Below, one piece after another: positions 46,409 to 56,739 of a DNA stretch of 63,455 nucleotides. The notes beneath the pieces are model-generated. The model searched no databases and was not told where the DNA came from. It worked only from the letters and a program-made list of their open reading frames with translations. The DNA is from a virus (taxonomy: Duplodnaviria > Caudoviricetes), in IMG/VR virus record IMGVR_UViG_3300043395_004412, positions 1-63,455 of that record. One strand, given 5' to 3'. Positions within the stretch are counted from its first letter, which is position 1. Every line of letters starts with the position of its first letter. Made by a program: the position numbers and the translations under genes.

Positions 46409-46732
46409 ATGATAACTGTTTCTAACTCAGCAGCCGTAAAAGTGAAATCGTTGATTGAAGAGAGTGGTTTTAAAACTCCATTTTTGAGAGTTGCAGTAAA
46501 AGGTGGAGGATGTAGTGGTCTATCATACGATTTATCTTTCGACACTGAGAAAAAATCTAACGATACACTGTCCGAAGATAAGGGTGTTAAAATTTTAGTT
46601 GATAATAAATCCTTGTTATACTTATTTGGCACTGAACTTCAATTTTCAGATGGATTGAACGGTAAAGGATTTGAATTCGTAAATCCCAACGCAAGTCGAA
46701 CTTGTGGATGTGGAGAAAGTTTTGCGGTGTAA
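46409..46732 (+). CDS. iscA: Fe-S assembly A-type carrier IscA
   Basis: GGGCSGLSY, NPNASRTCGCGESF. Confidence 0.96.
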   Translation: MITVSNSAAVKVKSLIEESGFKTPFLRVAVKGGGCSGLSYDLSFDTEKKSNDTLSEDKGVKILVDNKSLLYLFGTELQFSDGLNGKGFEFVNPNASRTCGCGESFAV

Positions 46733-46770
46733 TTTAATTCGTTTTCTTGGGGTATTTATTAGTTAGTACT

Positions 46771-47823
46771 ATGAAAAAAAATATTAGAGAAGCTGTAGGT
46801 GTTCCTTCGAATATTCACGAAACTTCAGAAAAAATATACAAAAAAATATATTCTTGGGTTAAAAATCTTAAAAAAGAAGATTTAGAACCAGGTGTTGGTG
46901 CCCAAAAAGATTTCAGAGGACAATTCCAAATTGCAGATTATCCGTTTTCTACCATCAGGGTAAAACTTGGTGTTGAGCCTCACAAAAAAATTACAGAACC
47001 CGAATTGATGTCTATGAGTGTACAGACACAATCTAAGAAAACGGAAGATTTCAAATTACAAACATTAAAAAGTAAAACAGTAAACATACTCATCCTGATT
47101 CTTGTCCCAAAAGGTTGGGATTATAGCAAACTTCCTTCATTTTTTGAAACTAATAAGAATGAATTGATAGAAAATTTCAGTCATGAACTGAAACATGCTT
47201 ACGACCATTACAAGAAAGAATATGATAGTATGGAGAATAGAGCCATTTACCAAGGTGCAATCGGTTCAGGTATCGGAATTGATGCTGTAGATAAATTTAT
47301 CCACGATATATATTTTACTTCTGTAAACGAAAATTTAGTTAGACCAAGCGAGGTGCTGAGTGCAATTAAAGCTAACAAAATTTCACAAAAGGATTTTTTA
47401 AATTTTCTAACAAATCACGTTACTTATCAAAATTTGAAAAGAATTCAAAACTTCACTTATGAAAAGTTTATTCAAGAAATTCTTTCTACTCCCAAACAAG
47501 TAGACAAATTTTTAAAAAAATTGGGATTGGACCCATCAACGATGAGGGACAAAACTAAAGTAAGAAGGGTGTTGGAAGCTACGTATAATTACATCGTGAA
47601 CAGTACAATCTCGAATTACAGTGATATGTTGAAACAATCAATTTTGGACGAACTTATCGGATTTCAAGGGGAACAACAGGTTATGTTTACCAACTTCATA
47701 AAAAAAGTAACAAGATTCAAAAAACCTGAAGATTTTTACAAATATTATGAAAAACAGTTCAAATATGTTGCGGATGAGATGATAAGAAAAATCTCTAAAG
47801 TTTACTCTTTAGTTGATAAGTAA
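46771..47823 (+). CDS. Hypothetical protein with HExxH motif
   Basis: SHELKHAYD; MKKNIREA leader. Confidence 0.75.
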   Translation: MKKNIREAVGVPSNIHETSEKIYKKIYSWVKNLKKEDLEPGVGAQKDFRGQFQIADYPFSTIRVKLGVEPHKKITEPELMSMSVQTQSKKTEDFKLQTLKSKTVNILILILVPKGWDYSKLPSFFETNKNELIENFSHELKHAYDHYKKEYDSMENRAIYQGAIGSGIGIDAVDKFIHDIYFTSVNENLVRPSEVLSAIKANKISQKDFLNFLTNHVTYQNLKRIQNFTYEKFIQEILSTPKQVDKFLKKLGLDPSTMRDKTKVRRVLEATYNYIVNSTISNYSDMLKQSILDELIGFQGEQQVMFTNFIKKVTRFKKPEDFYKYYEKQFKYVADEMIRKISKVYSLVDK

Positions 47824-48258
47824 GTAGTCCTCTACAAAAACTTTACCCTTTCCTTTTTTAAGTGTTAAATATTTTTTGGTGAACCCATGCGTAAATCCGT
47901 ATCTGTTGTTAATTTCCAAAAGACCTTTTTTTTTCTTCAAAAAACCTGAAATGTAGTATTCCATAGAACCTTGTTTCCTTTGGATATTTCTCAATGGTAA
48001 GTCAAAGTTTTTTTCGAACCATTGTCCAATCAAATTACCCAAGGTTTTAGACTCTAAAGAAAATAAAGATTGATAGGGTTGAAAAAATTTTTGGTTATAG
48101 AATAACTGACCATTGGAATTTGCTTGAATAAACCAATCACGGGTATCCTCTTCAATAATCCAAAACTCACTTTCGTTTGTAAAAATTCCTTTGTTGGAAA
48201 TGTCCTCAACTAACTTATCAAAAACAAACTTTTTAAGGTGTGGATGAATTTCAGACAT
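47809..48258 (-). CDS. Hypothetical protein
   Basis: ORF. Confidence 0.7.
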   Translation of the reverse strand: MSEIHPHLKKFVFDKLVEDISNKGIFTNESEFWIIEEDTRDWFIQANSNGQLFYNQKFFQPYQSLFSLESKTLGNLIGQWFEKNFDLPLRNIQRKQGSMEYYISGFLKKKKGLLEINNRYGFTHGFTKKYLTLKKGKGKVFVEDYLLIN

Positions 48259-48262
48259 AAAT

Positions 48263-48634
48263 TTAATTATCGACGGTTTTTACAGGCTCTTCAAAATTAC
48301 GAATAAACCATTTTCTGAATGGTTCTTTCCACATATCACCGAAATAACTGTTTAAAATATTCTCATACTTGTATTCAACAGTTACCGTAGGACAAATTTC
48401 TCTCACATAACTTCCAGGGCTGAAATATTCACAGTCATACCACCTGAAACAAGTATCATCATTTTCGTAGTCACCGATGTAAAACTCCATTCTCGTCATA
48501 TCGTCACCCTCCTCACCAGTTTCATCATTATATTCGTAGGGTACAGTATAATGAATATTATCCACATCAAAAAGCAGGTCCAAATAATTGGTTATAGTCT
48601 TTTCTAATTTGGATTCTGAAATTATGTACTTCAT
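48263..48634 (-). CDS. Hypothetical protein with leader motif
   Basis: MKYIISESKL. Confidence 0.75.
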   Translation of the reverse strand: MKYIISESKLEKTITNYLDLLFDVDNIHYTVPYEYNDETGEEGDDMTRMEFYIGDYENDDTCFRWYDCEYFSPGSYVREICPTVTVEYKYENILNSYFGDMWKEPFRKWFIRNFEEPVKTVDN

Positions 48635-49338
48635 TATGCTACGTCGGAATCTGGTTTTTTGATTGATGCAATTATCGGTTGTCCCATACCTTTGACTTGT
48701 GATGCAATTTGTGATACCATTTGTTCATACTTTTTTCCTGAGGCGTACCTATTTCCGTTTTTGTTTACAAAATTGTCTAACAAATCAGATGCTGTCTTGT
48801 CTCCAACCAAATAATTTTTAGCAATCAAATCATAATAAGTTTGGATTCCACTTTGTACCGAATTGTGCTGAATATTTGCACCTGAATCTGTGTTTCCAAC
48901 ATTATACGGATTTTTAGTTCTTATTGGTCTTGATGTAGGGTCTTTTGAAAATCCTCCTTCAGCCGCAAGCTGTCCAAGTGATAATTCAACTGGAACATAT
49001 TTTCCAAACTTATTTTGAGAGTTTTTGGCCGCGTCAGCTAACATTGAACCTGTTATACCTAAAAGATTTGATGACCTTGAAGAAATAAAGTTATTAGCAA
49101 TTTTTTCATAAGCTTTATAATCTTCAGGATTGTTCATATCTAATTGAGCGAATTCACCAGCAGTGTTTGATGAAGTTTTTGTAGTACCATCACTCGTATC
49201 ACTTGTAGAGGTTTTATCAATTTTCATGTCTTTCAAAATATCTCCAATAACATCTCTACCTTTACCTCCGAAAACATTTCTAACTAACAAGTCAGTAAAA
49301 TCTTGTTCTGAAATTACGATTTTAAATTTTTTTCCCAT
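48634..49338 (-). CDS. Lysozyme-fold/glucosaminidase-like hydrolase with leader motif
   Basis: LGQLAAEGG, KNPYNVG, RYAS. Confidence 0.7.
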   Translation of the reverse strand: MGKKFKIVISEQDFTDLLVRNVFGGKGRDVIGDILKDMKIDKTSTSDTSDGTTKTSSNTAGEFAQLDMNNPEDYKAYEKIANNFISSRSSNLLGITGSMLADAAKNSQNKFGKYVPVELSLGQLAAEGGFSKDPTSRPIRTKNPYNVGNTDSGANIQHNSVQSGIQTYYDLIAKNYLVGDKTASDLLDNFVNKNGNRYASGKKYEQMVSQIASQVKGMGQPIIASIKKPDSDVA

Positions 49339-49353
49339 ACAAATAAATACAAC

Positions 49354-49377
49354 AAAAAACCCTCTTTTGAGAGGGTT
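49354..49377 (-). terminator. Intrinsic terminator
   Basis: AACCCTCT-loop-AGAGGGTT + T-run. Confidence 0.75.
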
Positions 49378-49391
49378 ATTTTGTGTTTGGA

Positions 49392-49823
49392 TTATAATAT
49401 TGAAATTGAATTGATTTTGTCTCCTGCTTGAATTCTATCTACGATATCAACACCCTCGGTTACTTTACCAAAACACGTATGATTTCTATCCAAATGTTGG
49501 GTGTTTTGTCTATTGTGGCAGATAAAGAACTGAGAACCCCCTGTGTTTCTACCAGCATGTGCCATAGATAAAACACCTCTATCGTGAAATTGATTGGGTC
49601 TATCCACCTCACAAGGTATTTGATAACCAGGTCCACCTGTTCCTGTACCAAGAGGGCATCCACCCTGAATTACAAACCCAGGAATCACTCTGTGAAAATT
49701 TAATCCATCATAGAATTTTTTCTCAATCAACTCAATGAAGTTTTTTACTGTTACTGGTGTTGCGTCATCATATAAGTCCGCAATCATATCACCTTTGTCT
49801 GTTGAAATTTTTACTTTAGTCAT
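49392..49823 (-). CDS. Cyclophilin-type peptidyl-prolyl isomerase
   Basis: FYDGLNFHRVIPGFVIQGG, LSMAHAG..TGGSQFFI, HLD..HTCFG. Confidence 0.96.
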   Translation of the reverse strand: MTKVKISTDKGDMIADLYDDATPVTVKNFIELIEKKFYDGLNFHRVIPGFVIQGGCPLGTGTGGPGYQIPCEVDRPNQFHDRGVLSMAHAGRNTGGSQFFICHNRQNTQHLDRNHTCFGKVTEGVDIVDRIQAGDKINSISIL

Positions 49824-49826
49824 AAT

Positions 49827-50162
49827 TTAAAAAATATATGCTCTTTTTTTCAAAACATCAACATTTGGCTTTGGATTCGGCGCACTTTCCCATTCGATTA
49901 TATAAAGTTGATTTATAAAATAATCAAACTTGACTTTGTCTATCGATAGATATTGTAATGCAGAGTACAATTCATTTGTTATTGTGTTATTGAATTCTCT
50001 AATAACAACACCCGTCATTTTCTTTTCTAAAAAGAAATCCTTTTTTGTGGAGTAAATTTGGATGGAACCTAAAATATTACCATCAACGTTGAATGGTGAT
50101 ATGATTGTGGGACCTATTTTAATGTCCCCAACAGAGAAAAATTTTTCAAATAATGGATTCAT
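49827..50162 (-). CDS. Hypothetical protein
   Basis: ORF. Confidence 0.65.
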   Translation of the reverse strand: MNPLFEKFFSVGDIKIGPTIISPFNVDGNILGSIQIYSTKKDFFLEKKMTGVVIREFNNTITNELYSALQYLSIDKVKFDYFINQLYIIEWESAPNPKPNVDVLKKRAYIF

Positions 50163-50188
50163 GTAAAATCCAATTTAAAAATAAATTT

Positions 50189-51205
50189 TTATTTTCTCAA
50201 GTGATTAAAATTGAATTCAATTACCGATTTTTCGGGTAGTGGCTCATGGTATCTGTATCTTGGTCCAATGAATTCTCTAAAATCCCCTTTCAGTTTTTTC
50301 GTTATAGACTTTTCAACTCTTTCCTTAGTTACTCCTTCCATTTCCCCTTTAAGATAATTTTCAGGGGTTTTTACTCCTTTGTAAGTCATGGGGTCTAACT
50401 TAAGAACGTCTATTACATCGACATTTATGATAACTTTGTCTCCTGAATCATCTATAGAGTTGATTCTGTATTTTGCTTTAAATCCTTGTTGATTATCTTC
50501 AGGTCCCCCCCATGTGTATCTACTCTGAGTAAGAGTTGCAAGTCTTTTATTTTGTAATTCTTGTTCTTTTGATTTTAAAGATTTTCTTTTGTGTTTGATA
50601 ATGTCTTCGTGAGTTGCACCCATTTCTAACATTTCCATCTCTTTTCTCGTTACAATATAAACTCTATCATCTAACACATCACTCCATTCAACGGGGTTTG
50701 AATTTCTCATTTGACGACCTGTAGAAGATGAGTAGTGTTCGAATATCTCATACCACCTATCGTTTTTGAAAATGTATATTGGGTACCATCTGTATGATTT
50801 TACAACGTAGTATGGAACACCTTTGGCGTCTTTAGACCAATGTCCCTCCAAGTTTGAACCTTTGAAAGGTAGTTGAGCAACTGTATACAAATCGGCTTGA
50901 GTGTTAGGAGTTGTTTTTCCTTTCATTTTTCTTGGGTCAACAAAGTTTTCCTTTGTTATTGAACTATAATCACCATCCTTTCTATAATTTAGAAGGTATA
51001 ATTCAAGGAGATATAACTCATGTCCTTTCGGTAAGTTCATATAATCAGTTAGACCCTTGATTACGTCCAAAAGTTGAGCTCTTGTTTTTTTGGTTTTTTT
51101 CTCTTCATTAAGGAAACGAAATAACTTTACAATACGAGGTTCTATAATTTTCTCGTCTTGTTCAAAAATGTACTTATATTTCTCTAATAAATTGACTAAT
51201 CCCAT
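50189..51205 (-). CDS. Hypothetical protein
   Basis: 338 aa; FKGSNL, YVVKSY, YSSST..Q. Confidence 0.8.
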   Translation of the reverse strand: MGLVNLLEKYKYIFEQDEKIIEPRIVKLFRFLNEEKKTKKTRAQLLDVIKGLTDYMNLPKGHELYLLELYLLNYRKDGDYSSITKENFVDPRKMKGKTTPNTQADLYTVAQLPFKGSNLEGHWSKDAKGVPYYVVKSYRWYPIYIFKNDRWYEIFEHYSSSTGRQMRNSNPVEWSDVLDDRVYIVTRKEMEMLEMGATHEDIIKHKRKSLKSKEQELQNKRLATLTQSRYTWGGPEDNQQGFKAKYRINSIDDSGDKVIINVDVIDVLKLDPMTYKGVKTPENYLKGEMEGVTKERVEKSITKKLKGDFREFIGPRYRYHEPLPEKSVIEFNFNHLRK

Positions 51206-51214
51206 TATAAACTA

Positions 51215-51616
51215 TTATTGTGTTTTACATTTTTCAGTTGCCATATCGGATAACGTTTTTGAAAAATATTTTGTAGACCCTTTCAAAAAAGCGCCGTCGG
51301 TAGAAATTGTCCCACAATCGGCTGTAAGTGTAAAATTACCCATATCAACTTGAATTTTCCCCCCATTATTAGTCATAGATTTAAATTGGTAAGTTCCATA
51401 TCTATTTCTTAATTCTTTATCGGTGAATAATTCGACACTTTGTCCACCTGAAATACTGCCTGCAACTGTTTGGGCTTCGGGAGTTGAGCTTGTTGTAATA
51501 TCACCATAAGCCGCAAAGTTAGTTGGTGTGGTTGAGGAAGTGGCTTCTTGTTCACCCTCTTCAGAAATTAATTTCATTAGTCTCTTATATTGAGATTCTT
51601 TAATTGTATATCTCAT
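51215..51616 (-). CDS. Hypothetical protein with leader motif
   Basis: MRYTIKESQYKRL..LISEE. Confidence 0.75.
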   Translation of the reverse strand: MRYTIKESQYKRLMKLISEEGEQEATSSTTPTNFAAYGDITTSSTPEAQTVAGSISGGQSVELFTDKELRNRYGTYQFKSMTNNGGKIQVDMGNFTLTADCGTISTDGAFLKGSTKYFSKTLSDMATEKCKTQ

Positions 51617-51723
51617 AGTTGGTATTTTTTTAAAACGATATTATTTTCAGCAATTCTTTTTGCTGTTTTAACTCCCGACTTTTTACTTTTCATCGGTTTT
51701 GGTTTTTTTGATTTTTTAGCCAT
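51613..51723 (-). CDS. 36-aa Lys-rich protein (not in ORF track)
   Basis: MAKKSKKPKPMKSKKSGVKTAKRIAENNIVLKKYQL; fills the gap with coupled start/stop. Confidence 0.7.
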   Translation of the reverse strand: MAKKSKKPKPMKSKKSGVKTAKRIAENNIVLKKYQL

Positions 51724-51724
51724 C

Positions 51725-52591
51725 TTAAATTTCTATTCTTATTTTATTATCAGGGAATCCCAATTTTGAAAAATATGACTTAACTTTATCTCTAAGAGCA
51801 CTTCTACTCTGATACGAGGGGTAATTTTTGAAAACAAATTTCATTTCTGCACCGTTCGTGTTTGGTTCAAACCTAATACTTTTTAAATCTCTAGATTCGG
51901 GAAAACTACGAATTTCTTTTTTTATAACTTTATTTAGAACGTCTTTAACCCACGACTCGAGACCTACGAGTTTAGGTTCTTTTACATCTAACTTCAACTC
52001 GCCATGAGCTGGATTACCTATTTCTAATCCCAAATAATTTTTTACAAAATCGTGGATTTTTCTTTCCAAATTATGTGTGTTAATGTGCTTAGCGTTGGGA
52101 GACAATAACATCGTCGCAAATGGAACATCAACGAACACTTTAACGAATTTTGGGTCATCCTCCACAAATCTTACACTTGCATATTCGGGTAATTCTAATT
52201 GCTCAATTATCTCAGGTAATATTCTACTATATTTTTCAGTAAATTTTTCTTCGGAATATAAAGTAGGTAATTTATAACCACCCCTACTTACAATCGTCTT
52301 TACAATTCTATCAATATCCCACTTACTAATTTCATAATCATTATAATCGTCCATGTTACGATAATCAGCACCAGTCATGTCTATCAGGAATGGTTTGGAA
52401 TATTTTTTTATTAAAAATCCAAAAGGATATGACCAAAATTTTTCAGGTGTGTTTTTTCTAATCCAATCCATGTAGATTTGGACGAAGGCTGCCATATAAT
52501 CAAGCTCATCGTATTCAAGCTTTGCTTGTTCTACGATGTTCTTGATTACTGAAATTAGTTCGGATTCTTTTAAAAATATCTTGGACGCCAT
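51725..52591 (-). CDS. Hypothetical protein with leader motif
   Basis: MASKIFLKESELISVIKNIVEQ. Confidence 0.78.
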   Translation of the reverse strand: MASKIFLKESELISVIKNIVEQAKLEYDELDYMAAFVQIYMDWIRKNTPEKFWSYPFGFLIKKYSKPFLIDMTGADYRNMDDYNDYEISKWDIDRIVKTIVSRGGYKLPTLYSEEKFTEKYSRILPEIIEQLELPEYASVRFVEDDPKFVKVFVDVPFATMLLSPNAKHINTHNLERKIHDFVKNYLGLEIGNPAHGELKLDVKEPKLVGLESWVKDVLNKVIKKEIRSFPESRDLKSIRFEPNTNGAEMKFVFKNYPSYQSRSALRDKVKSYFSKLGFPDNKIRIEI

Positions 52592-52612
52592 ATAGAATAA
52601 ATATGAAGAAAT

Positions 52613-52906
52613 TTAATCTTCTTCTTCACAGGTGTCTCTATAAAGTTCCAATAGTTCAAACCCAAATGTTTCTTTGATATAATCGTATACTAAATTATAA
52701 ATTTCGTCGTAATCTTCCCCTAATGAAAGACTTTCATCTACGGTTAGAAAGTCATCACAAGCCCAAGAAATTATGTTATCAGCATATTCGAATTCATCAC
52801 TAAAGTCCGAACAAGGTGTGGGCTGTTGTTGAATTGATTGGTCAACAAATGTTTTGAGGTTATCTTCACCTATTCTTCTTTTTAACCATAAAGGAATACT
52901 GTTCAT
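52613..52906 (-). CDS. Hypothetical protein (paralog of 60327..60608)
   Basis: LKRR..., PC.DF..F, LY..C. Confidence 0.7.
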   Translation of the reverse strand: MNSIPLWLKRRIGEDNLKTFVDQSIQQQPTPCSDFSDEFEYADNIISWACDDFLTVDESLSLGEDYDEIYNLVYDYIKETFGFELLELYRDTCEEED

Positions 52907-53193
52907 AATATCAAATATCTAATACTTCTTGAAAATAATTCGGGAAATCCAAAAACTGAAATGATTTGTCGAATTGTTTCTGTGTGTTTATCTAAAAGTG
53001 AGTCCATATCGAAATCATATTTTCTTTTCACTTTTGCAGGAACTGATAACATTATTGTTACAATTGAGGGTCTTCCTCCCATGGTCAAATGGTCAATCAT
53101 AAAGTCAAAATCTATAATTTCTCCTTCAGTGGCGTCCTGAACTGCTTTAGAAATTTTCTCCCTATTCTTCAATAAATCGTCGAAAGTGTTCAT
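52903..53193 (-). CDS. Hypothetical protein
   Basis: Coupled ORF. Confidence 0.7.
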   Translation of the reverse strand: MNTFDDLLKNREKISKAVQDATEGEIIDFDFMIDHLTMGGRPSIVTIMLSVPAKVKRKYDFDMDSLLDKHTETIRQIISVFGFPELFSRSIRYLIL

Positions 53194-53195
53194 GA

Positions 53196-53594
53196 TTAGC
53201 CGTTGGTTTTTGCATTAAGTGTTCCACCAGCATCAAATGTACTAAACTTGAGTCCTGCATATTGAGCCAACTCAACCATTTTTGCTCTTAAATTATTAAA
53301 ATAGAGTTCGCCGTAACATTTATCCACCATTTCCTTGTTAATCGGACCACCATCCCACCCATTTTCCACCAAAGGGGTTTTGTCTATAATAACATCACAA
53401 TCATAATCAATAAAGTTCTCATTCATAGAGTATGGTCCCATTTTTCTTTTTACTAAAACTTCAAAAACTTTGTTTGTTTTGAATTCGAGAACATGTGGAT
53501 ATGAAAGGGGCATAAGATTATCCCAAACCTTACTCAAAGGTTTGGTGTAGTCATTAATTATATTATCGGGATTGTAGTCAGCGCTCCAACTCAT
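53196..53594 (-). CDS. Hypothetical protein
   Basis: Coupled ORF. Confidence 0.7.
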   Translation of the reverse strand: MSWSADYNPDNIINDYTKPLSKVWDNLMPLSYPHVLEFKTNKVFEVLVKRKMGPYSMNENFIDYDCDVIIDKTPLVENGWDGGPINKEMVDKCYGELYFNNLRAKMVELAQYAGLKFSTFDAGGTLNAKTNG

Positions 53595-53595
53595 T

Positions 53596-55047
53596 TTAAT
53601 TACCCGTTTTACTCACGATTCCTTGTGTACCTTTTTGGATATCAGCGGCTTTCGCACCGACATAATCGAATTCACCTCGTACTGCGTTAGCCCCCAATTC
53701 TGGGATTTTTGTAAATTTACCATCCCGATTATATTTGAACATTTTTTTACCGTTCAAATATGCTAAATAGAAATCACCATACGCTGTACCATAAGATTCA
53801 TCAACCCACCTCAAAAAATCTTCAGTTGGTTTTTCTCTGAATCTACTTTTCGCCTCTTTATTAATAGTTGCAAGTGCGGTTTTTTCAAGTTGTACTCCAA
53901 TGTATTGACCAATCTCTATAGGTGTTAAAAGGACTGCTCTTTCTAAAATCTCAGGTGAAAATTTCGTAGACAATGCTTTAGCTGTTCTCAAAACAGCTGG
54001 TGCCAAATAAGATGCTAATTTAGCAACACCACTTCTAGCTTGCATCCCTAATAGTCTTTGTCTGGCAGGTATTCTTAGTCCTTTTATAAATTCAACTATT
54101 TGGTTATAATATGGTTCGATTTTAGAAACAAGATTCCCAACCCAATTTATACCCATCTTGTTTTTCATAAAGGTTGCTGCTTGGCTAAAAAAACCAATCA
54201 CGCTTTGAAGACCAGTTTCAATAACTTGTAAGAATTTGGTTACGACTGTTCCAACCGATGACTTCATTATGGTTCCCATCATAGCCTCAACTGACGCGAA
54301 CGCTTTTCCAGCTAAACTCGCTAAAGGTTTTGCTAAAGCTCCTGCAGTAATACAACAAATTAAATCAATAATAAAATTTCCCAAATAAGAGGTATTCCCG
54401 TTAACCGTTAGTTGATATAAATCATACAAACCCATTATACCCCAAACAATTGTAAGTCCTATTGCTCCTGCACCTGTGAAAGATAATGCCACTTGTATCG
54501 CGGTTCCAACACCACTGAAAAGAGCGGCTCTAAGATTCTCCATTATGTACCCAATCCCTTTTTCTTTAATGTAATCGATTACATCAGACAAAGATTGTGT
54601 TGAGCGTTGGTTGTACATTGCCATTGCCTCACGTTCTTGGGTAGACATGAATCTTGACTCAGGTTGTTCAACTAAGTTTATTTTCAGAGACTCTAATATG
54701 AAATGATTCAGTTTTTCAATTTCTTTTGAGAAATCATCTATTGATTCATTCAAAACATTTAAAAACTTGTCGTTAAAATTTTCTAAGATGTTTAGGTTAT
54801 TTTCGAATAAACCAAGAGCGTAATCGTTTTGTACATTTCTTAAATAAATGTTTTTATCAACGCCTACAAGCATTGAAATACGATGTAAATGCACATTTTT
54901 TTGAAAATCAAGTTCTTCTTTTATAAAAGAAATTTGTTCGGTTATTTTTGTCGGATTACCCTTTTTATACCTTTTAGGAACAAATTTATCGTGTAAAGAA
55001 AGAATTCTGTTTTTTTCAGATTCAGATATAATCATTGAATTTTTCAT
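53596..55047 (-). CDS. Large protein with leader motif and Gly/Ala-rich hydrophobic helices
   Basis: MIISESEKNRILSLH; ALFSGVGTAIQVALSFTGAGAIG. Confidence 0.8.
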   Translation of the reverse strand: MKNSMIISESEKNRILSLHDKFVPKRYKKGNPTKITEQISFIKEELDFQKNVHLHRISMLVGVDKNIYLRNVQNDYALGLFENNLNILENFNDKFLNVLNESIDDFSKEIEKLNHFILESLKINLVEQPESRFMSTQEREAMAMYNQRSTQSLSDVIDYIKEKGIGYIMENLRAALFSGVGTAIQVALSFTGAGAIGLTIVWGIMGLYDLYQLTVNGNTSYLGNFIIDLICCITAGALAKPLASLAGKAFASVEAMMGTIMKSSVGTVVTKFLQVIETGLQSVIGFFSQAATFMKNKMGINWVGNLVSKIEPYYNQIVEFIKGLRIPARQRLLGMQARSGVAKLASYLAPAVLRTAKALSTKFSPEILERAVLLTPIEIGQYIGVQLEKTALATINKEAKSRFREKPTEDFLRWVDESYGTAYGDFYLAYLNGKKMFKYNRDGKFTKIPELGANAVRGEFDYVGAKAADIQKGTQGIVSKTGN

Positions 55048-55064
55048 CTTTTATAAATATGAAC

Positions 55065-55679
55065 TTAAAATTTTAAATTGAATATTGAACCAAATCCCGT
55101 TTCTTTTTCTGAATTACTTTCCTCATTATCATCATCCTCGGGTTGAACAGTCCCAACATTAACTTTATTCAGATTCAAGTTACCTCCACATTTGATTGTT
55201 CCATCATCATTTATAAATTCTCTGATGTTGTGACCTGTCTCGACTCCAATGTGTAAATGGTCATAAGAACTTCCAGGAAAATCCATAACGTATCCCAATA
55301 ATTGACCACACTCCACTTTATCTCCTTTTTTCACCTGACCGTCTTGTAAATGAGTGTAATACACGTCAGGAAGATTTCCATCACTTTTAACAGTGAAACC
55401 CAAACCAAATAATTTTTTTCCATTTTTTTTGATAACCTTTGGTCCATAATCGTTGTATGTGATAACTGTCCCTGGTGCAACAGCATAAACTGGGTCACCA
55501 ATCTCGGCTTTAATATCCCAAGCGTTGTTACTTGCCCATCCACTTTGTCCTTTATGGGCACCGTCTCTTGGAATTGTTATATCATTATCACCCATTATTC
55601 TATCTGATGCGTTGGGGGCTTCATTTATCCCCGACTTAATCAACCTTAGTAGTTGTGACTCTGTTAAAATGTACTTCAT
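55065..55679 (-). CDS. M23 family peptidase with leader motif
   Basis: WDIKA.IGDPVYAV..G.V, YYTHL, VKKGDKV..GQLLG, HLHIG. Confidence 0.9.
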   Translation of the reverse strand: MKYILTESQLLRLIKSGINEAPNASDRIMGDNDITIPRDGAHKGQSGWASNNAWDIKAEIGDPVYAVAPGTVITYNDYGPKVIKKNGKKLFGLGFTVKSDGNLPDVYYTHLQDGQVKKGDKVECGQLLGYVMDFPGSSYDHLHIGVETGHNIREFINDDGTIKCGGNLNLNKVNVGTVQPEDDDNEESNSEKETGFGSIFNLKF

Positions 55680-55681
55680 AG

Positions 55682-56011
55682 TTAAAATGATTTTTCAAAA
55701 AATTTTTTTGCTTCATATCTCGCAAGACCCTCCAAATAATTTTCCACGTCTCTACTATTACCAAGGTATGCCAATATACCCTCTTCAACGCCCATTACTT
55801 TGTTACCTTCAGAATAAGCAATTTTATCATCTCTTAATTCATAACAATGATATGAGATATATTCTTTTCTATCTTTATAGTGGACAATTACTTCTAAACA
55901 TACAGTTTTTTTTCCGTTGTGATTCCTGTAAGACCTTGAAATATCAACGGATACTTTCATACCCATCTGATTCATAAATTTGATAATTGATATTACAAAA
56001 TCTCTGTCCAT
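55682..56011 (-). CDS. Hypothetical protein
   Basis: TATTTAT upstream. Confidence 0.7.
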   Translation of the reverse strand: MDRDFVISIIKFMNQMGMKVSVDISRSYRNHNGKKTVCLEVIVHYKDRKEYISYHCYELRDDKIAYSEGNKVMGVEEGILAYLGNSRDVENYLEGLARYEAKKFFEKSF

Positions 56012-56052
56012 ATCATATAAATACTCAAATAAAATTATGTTTTCTATGAAAT

Positions 56053-56078
56053 AAAAAAAGGGTCTCTTGAGACCCTTT
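56053..56078 (-). terminator. Intrinsic terminator
   Basis: AAAGGGTCTC-AA-GAGACCCTTT + T-run. Confidence 0.75.
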
Positions 56079-56098
56079 CTTACTAATATTCTTTGGAA

Positions 56099-56716
56099 TT
56101 ACAATCCCCAAGCTGGGTTTGCAATTATTAACTTTCCGTCTTCTTCTCTTGGTAAATCTCCTAAATCTTGATAACCTGCATATTCAATTTCATGAGGGAA
56201 GAATTTTTTTCCTTTATACATGATATAATTGTCTCCTTCTTCTTCATCTTTTCCAATATGACTATAACCGTGTTTTTTTATATGTGTTTTTGCTGCGTCA
56301 TCTACAGTTGGTCTACCAAAGTTCAAATCCCAAAAATTTTCTTTTGTCTCTTCTTTTGTTTCCATCATTTCTCCCAACCCTCTACGCTGACCTTCGATAT
56401 TATTGATTACTGATTTGAAAACCCATTTTAGGTCATCAAGAGCAGCTTCAAATCCCATTTTATTTTTTGGACCATCAGGATTACGAGCCATCATGAATCT
56501 ATAACCTAAATCCATAATTCCATTAATGTCTGCAGTGTCTTTAAACTCTTTCTCTTCAGCAATAGTTCTTGATTCTTTAACTAATGTTTTAACATCACCC
56601 AACTTACCTTCAACTAAACTTTTAAACTTTTCATTCGAAAGTTTCATACCACCTGTGTGTTGTTCGCGGATTGCATTTTTTTCTTGCTCCGACATGTTAT
56701 TTAATAAATGTTTCAT
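56099..56716 (-). CDS. Hypothetical protein with leader motif
   Basis: MKHLLNNMSEQEKNAIREQH. Confidence 0.78.
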   Translation of the reverse strand: MKHLLNNMSEQEKNAIREQHTGGMKLSNEKFKSLVEGKLGDVKTLVKESRTIAEEKEFKDTADINGIMDLGYRFMMARNPDGPKNKMGFEAALDDLKWVFKSVINNIEGQRRGLGEMMETKEETKENFWDLNFGRPTVDDAAKTHIKKHGYSHIGKDEEEGDNYIMYKGKKFFPHEIEYAGYQDLGDLPREEDGKLIIANPAWGL

Positions 56717-56739
56717 AAATTGACTTTAATATAAATATG

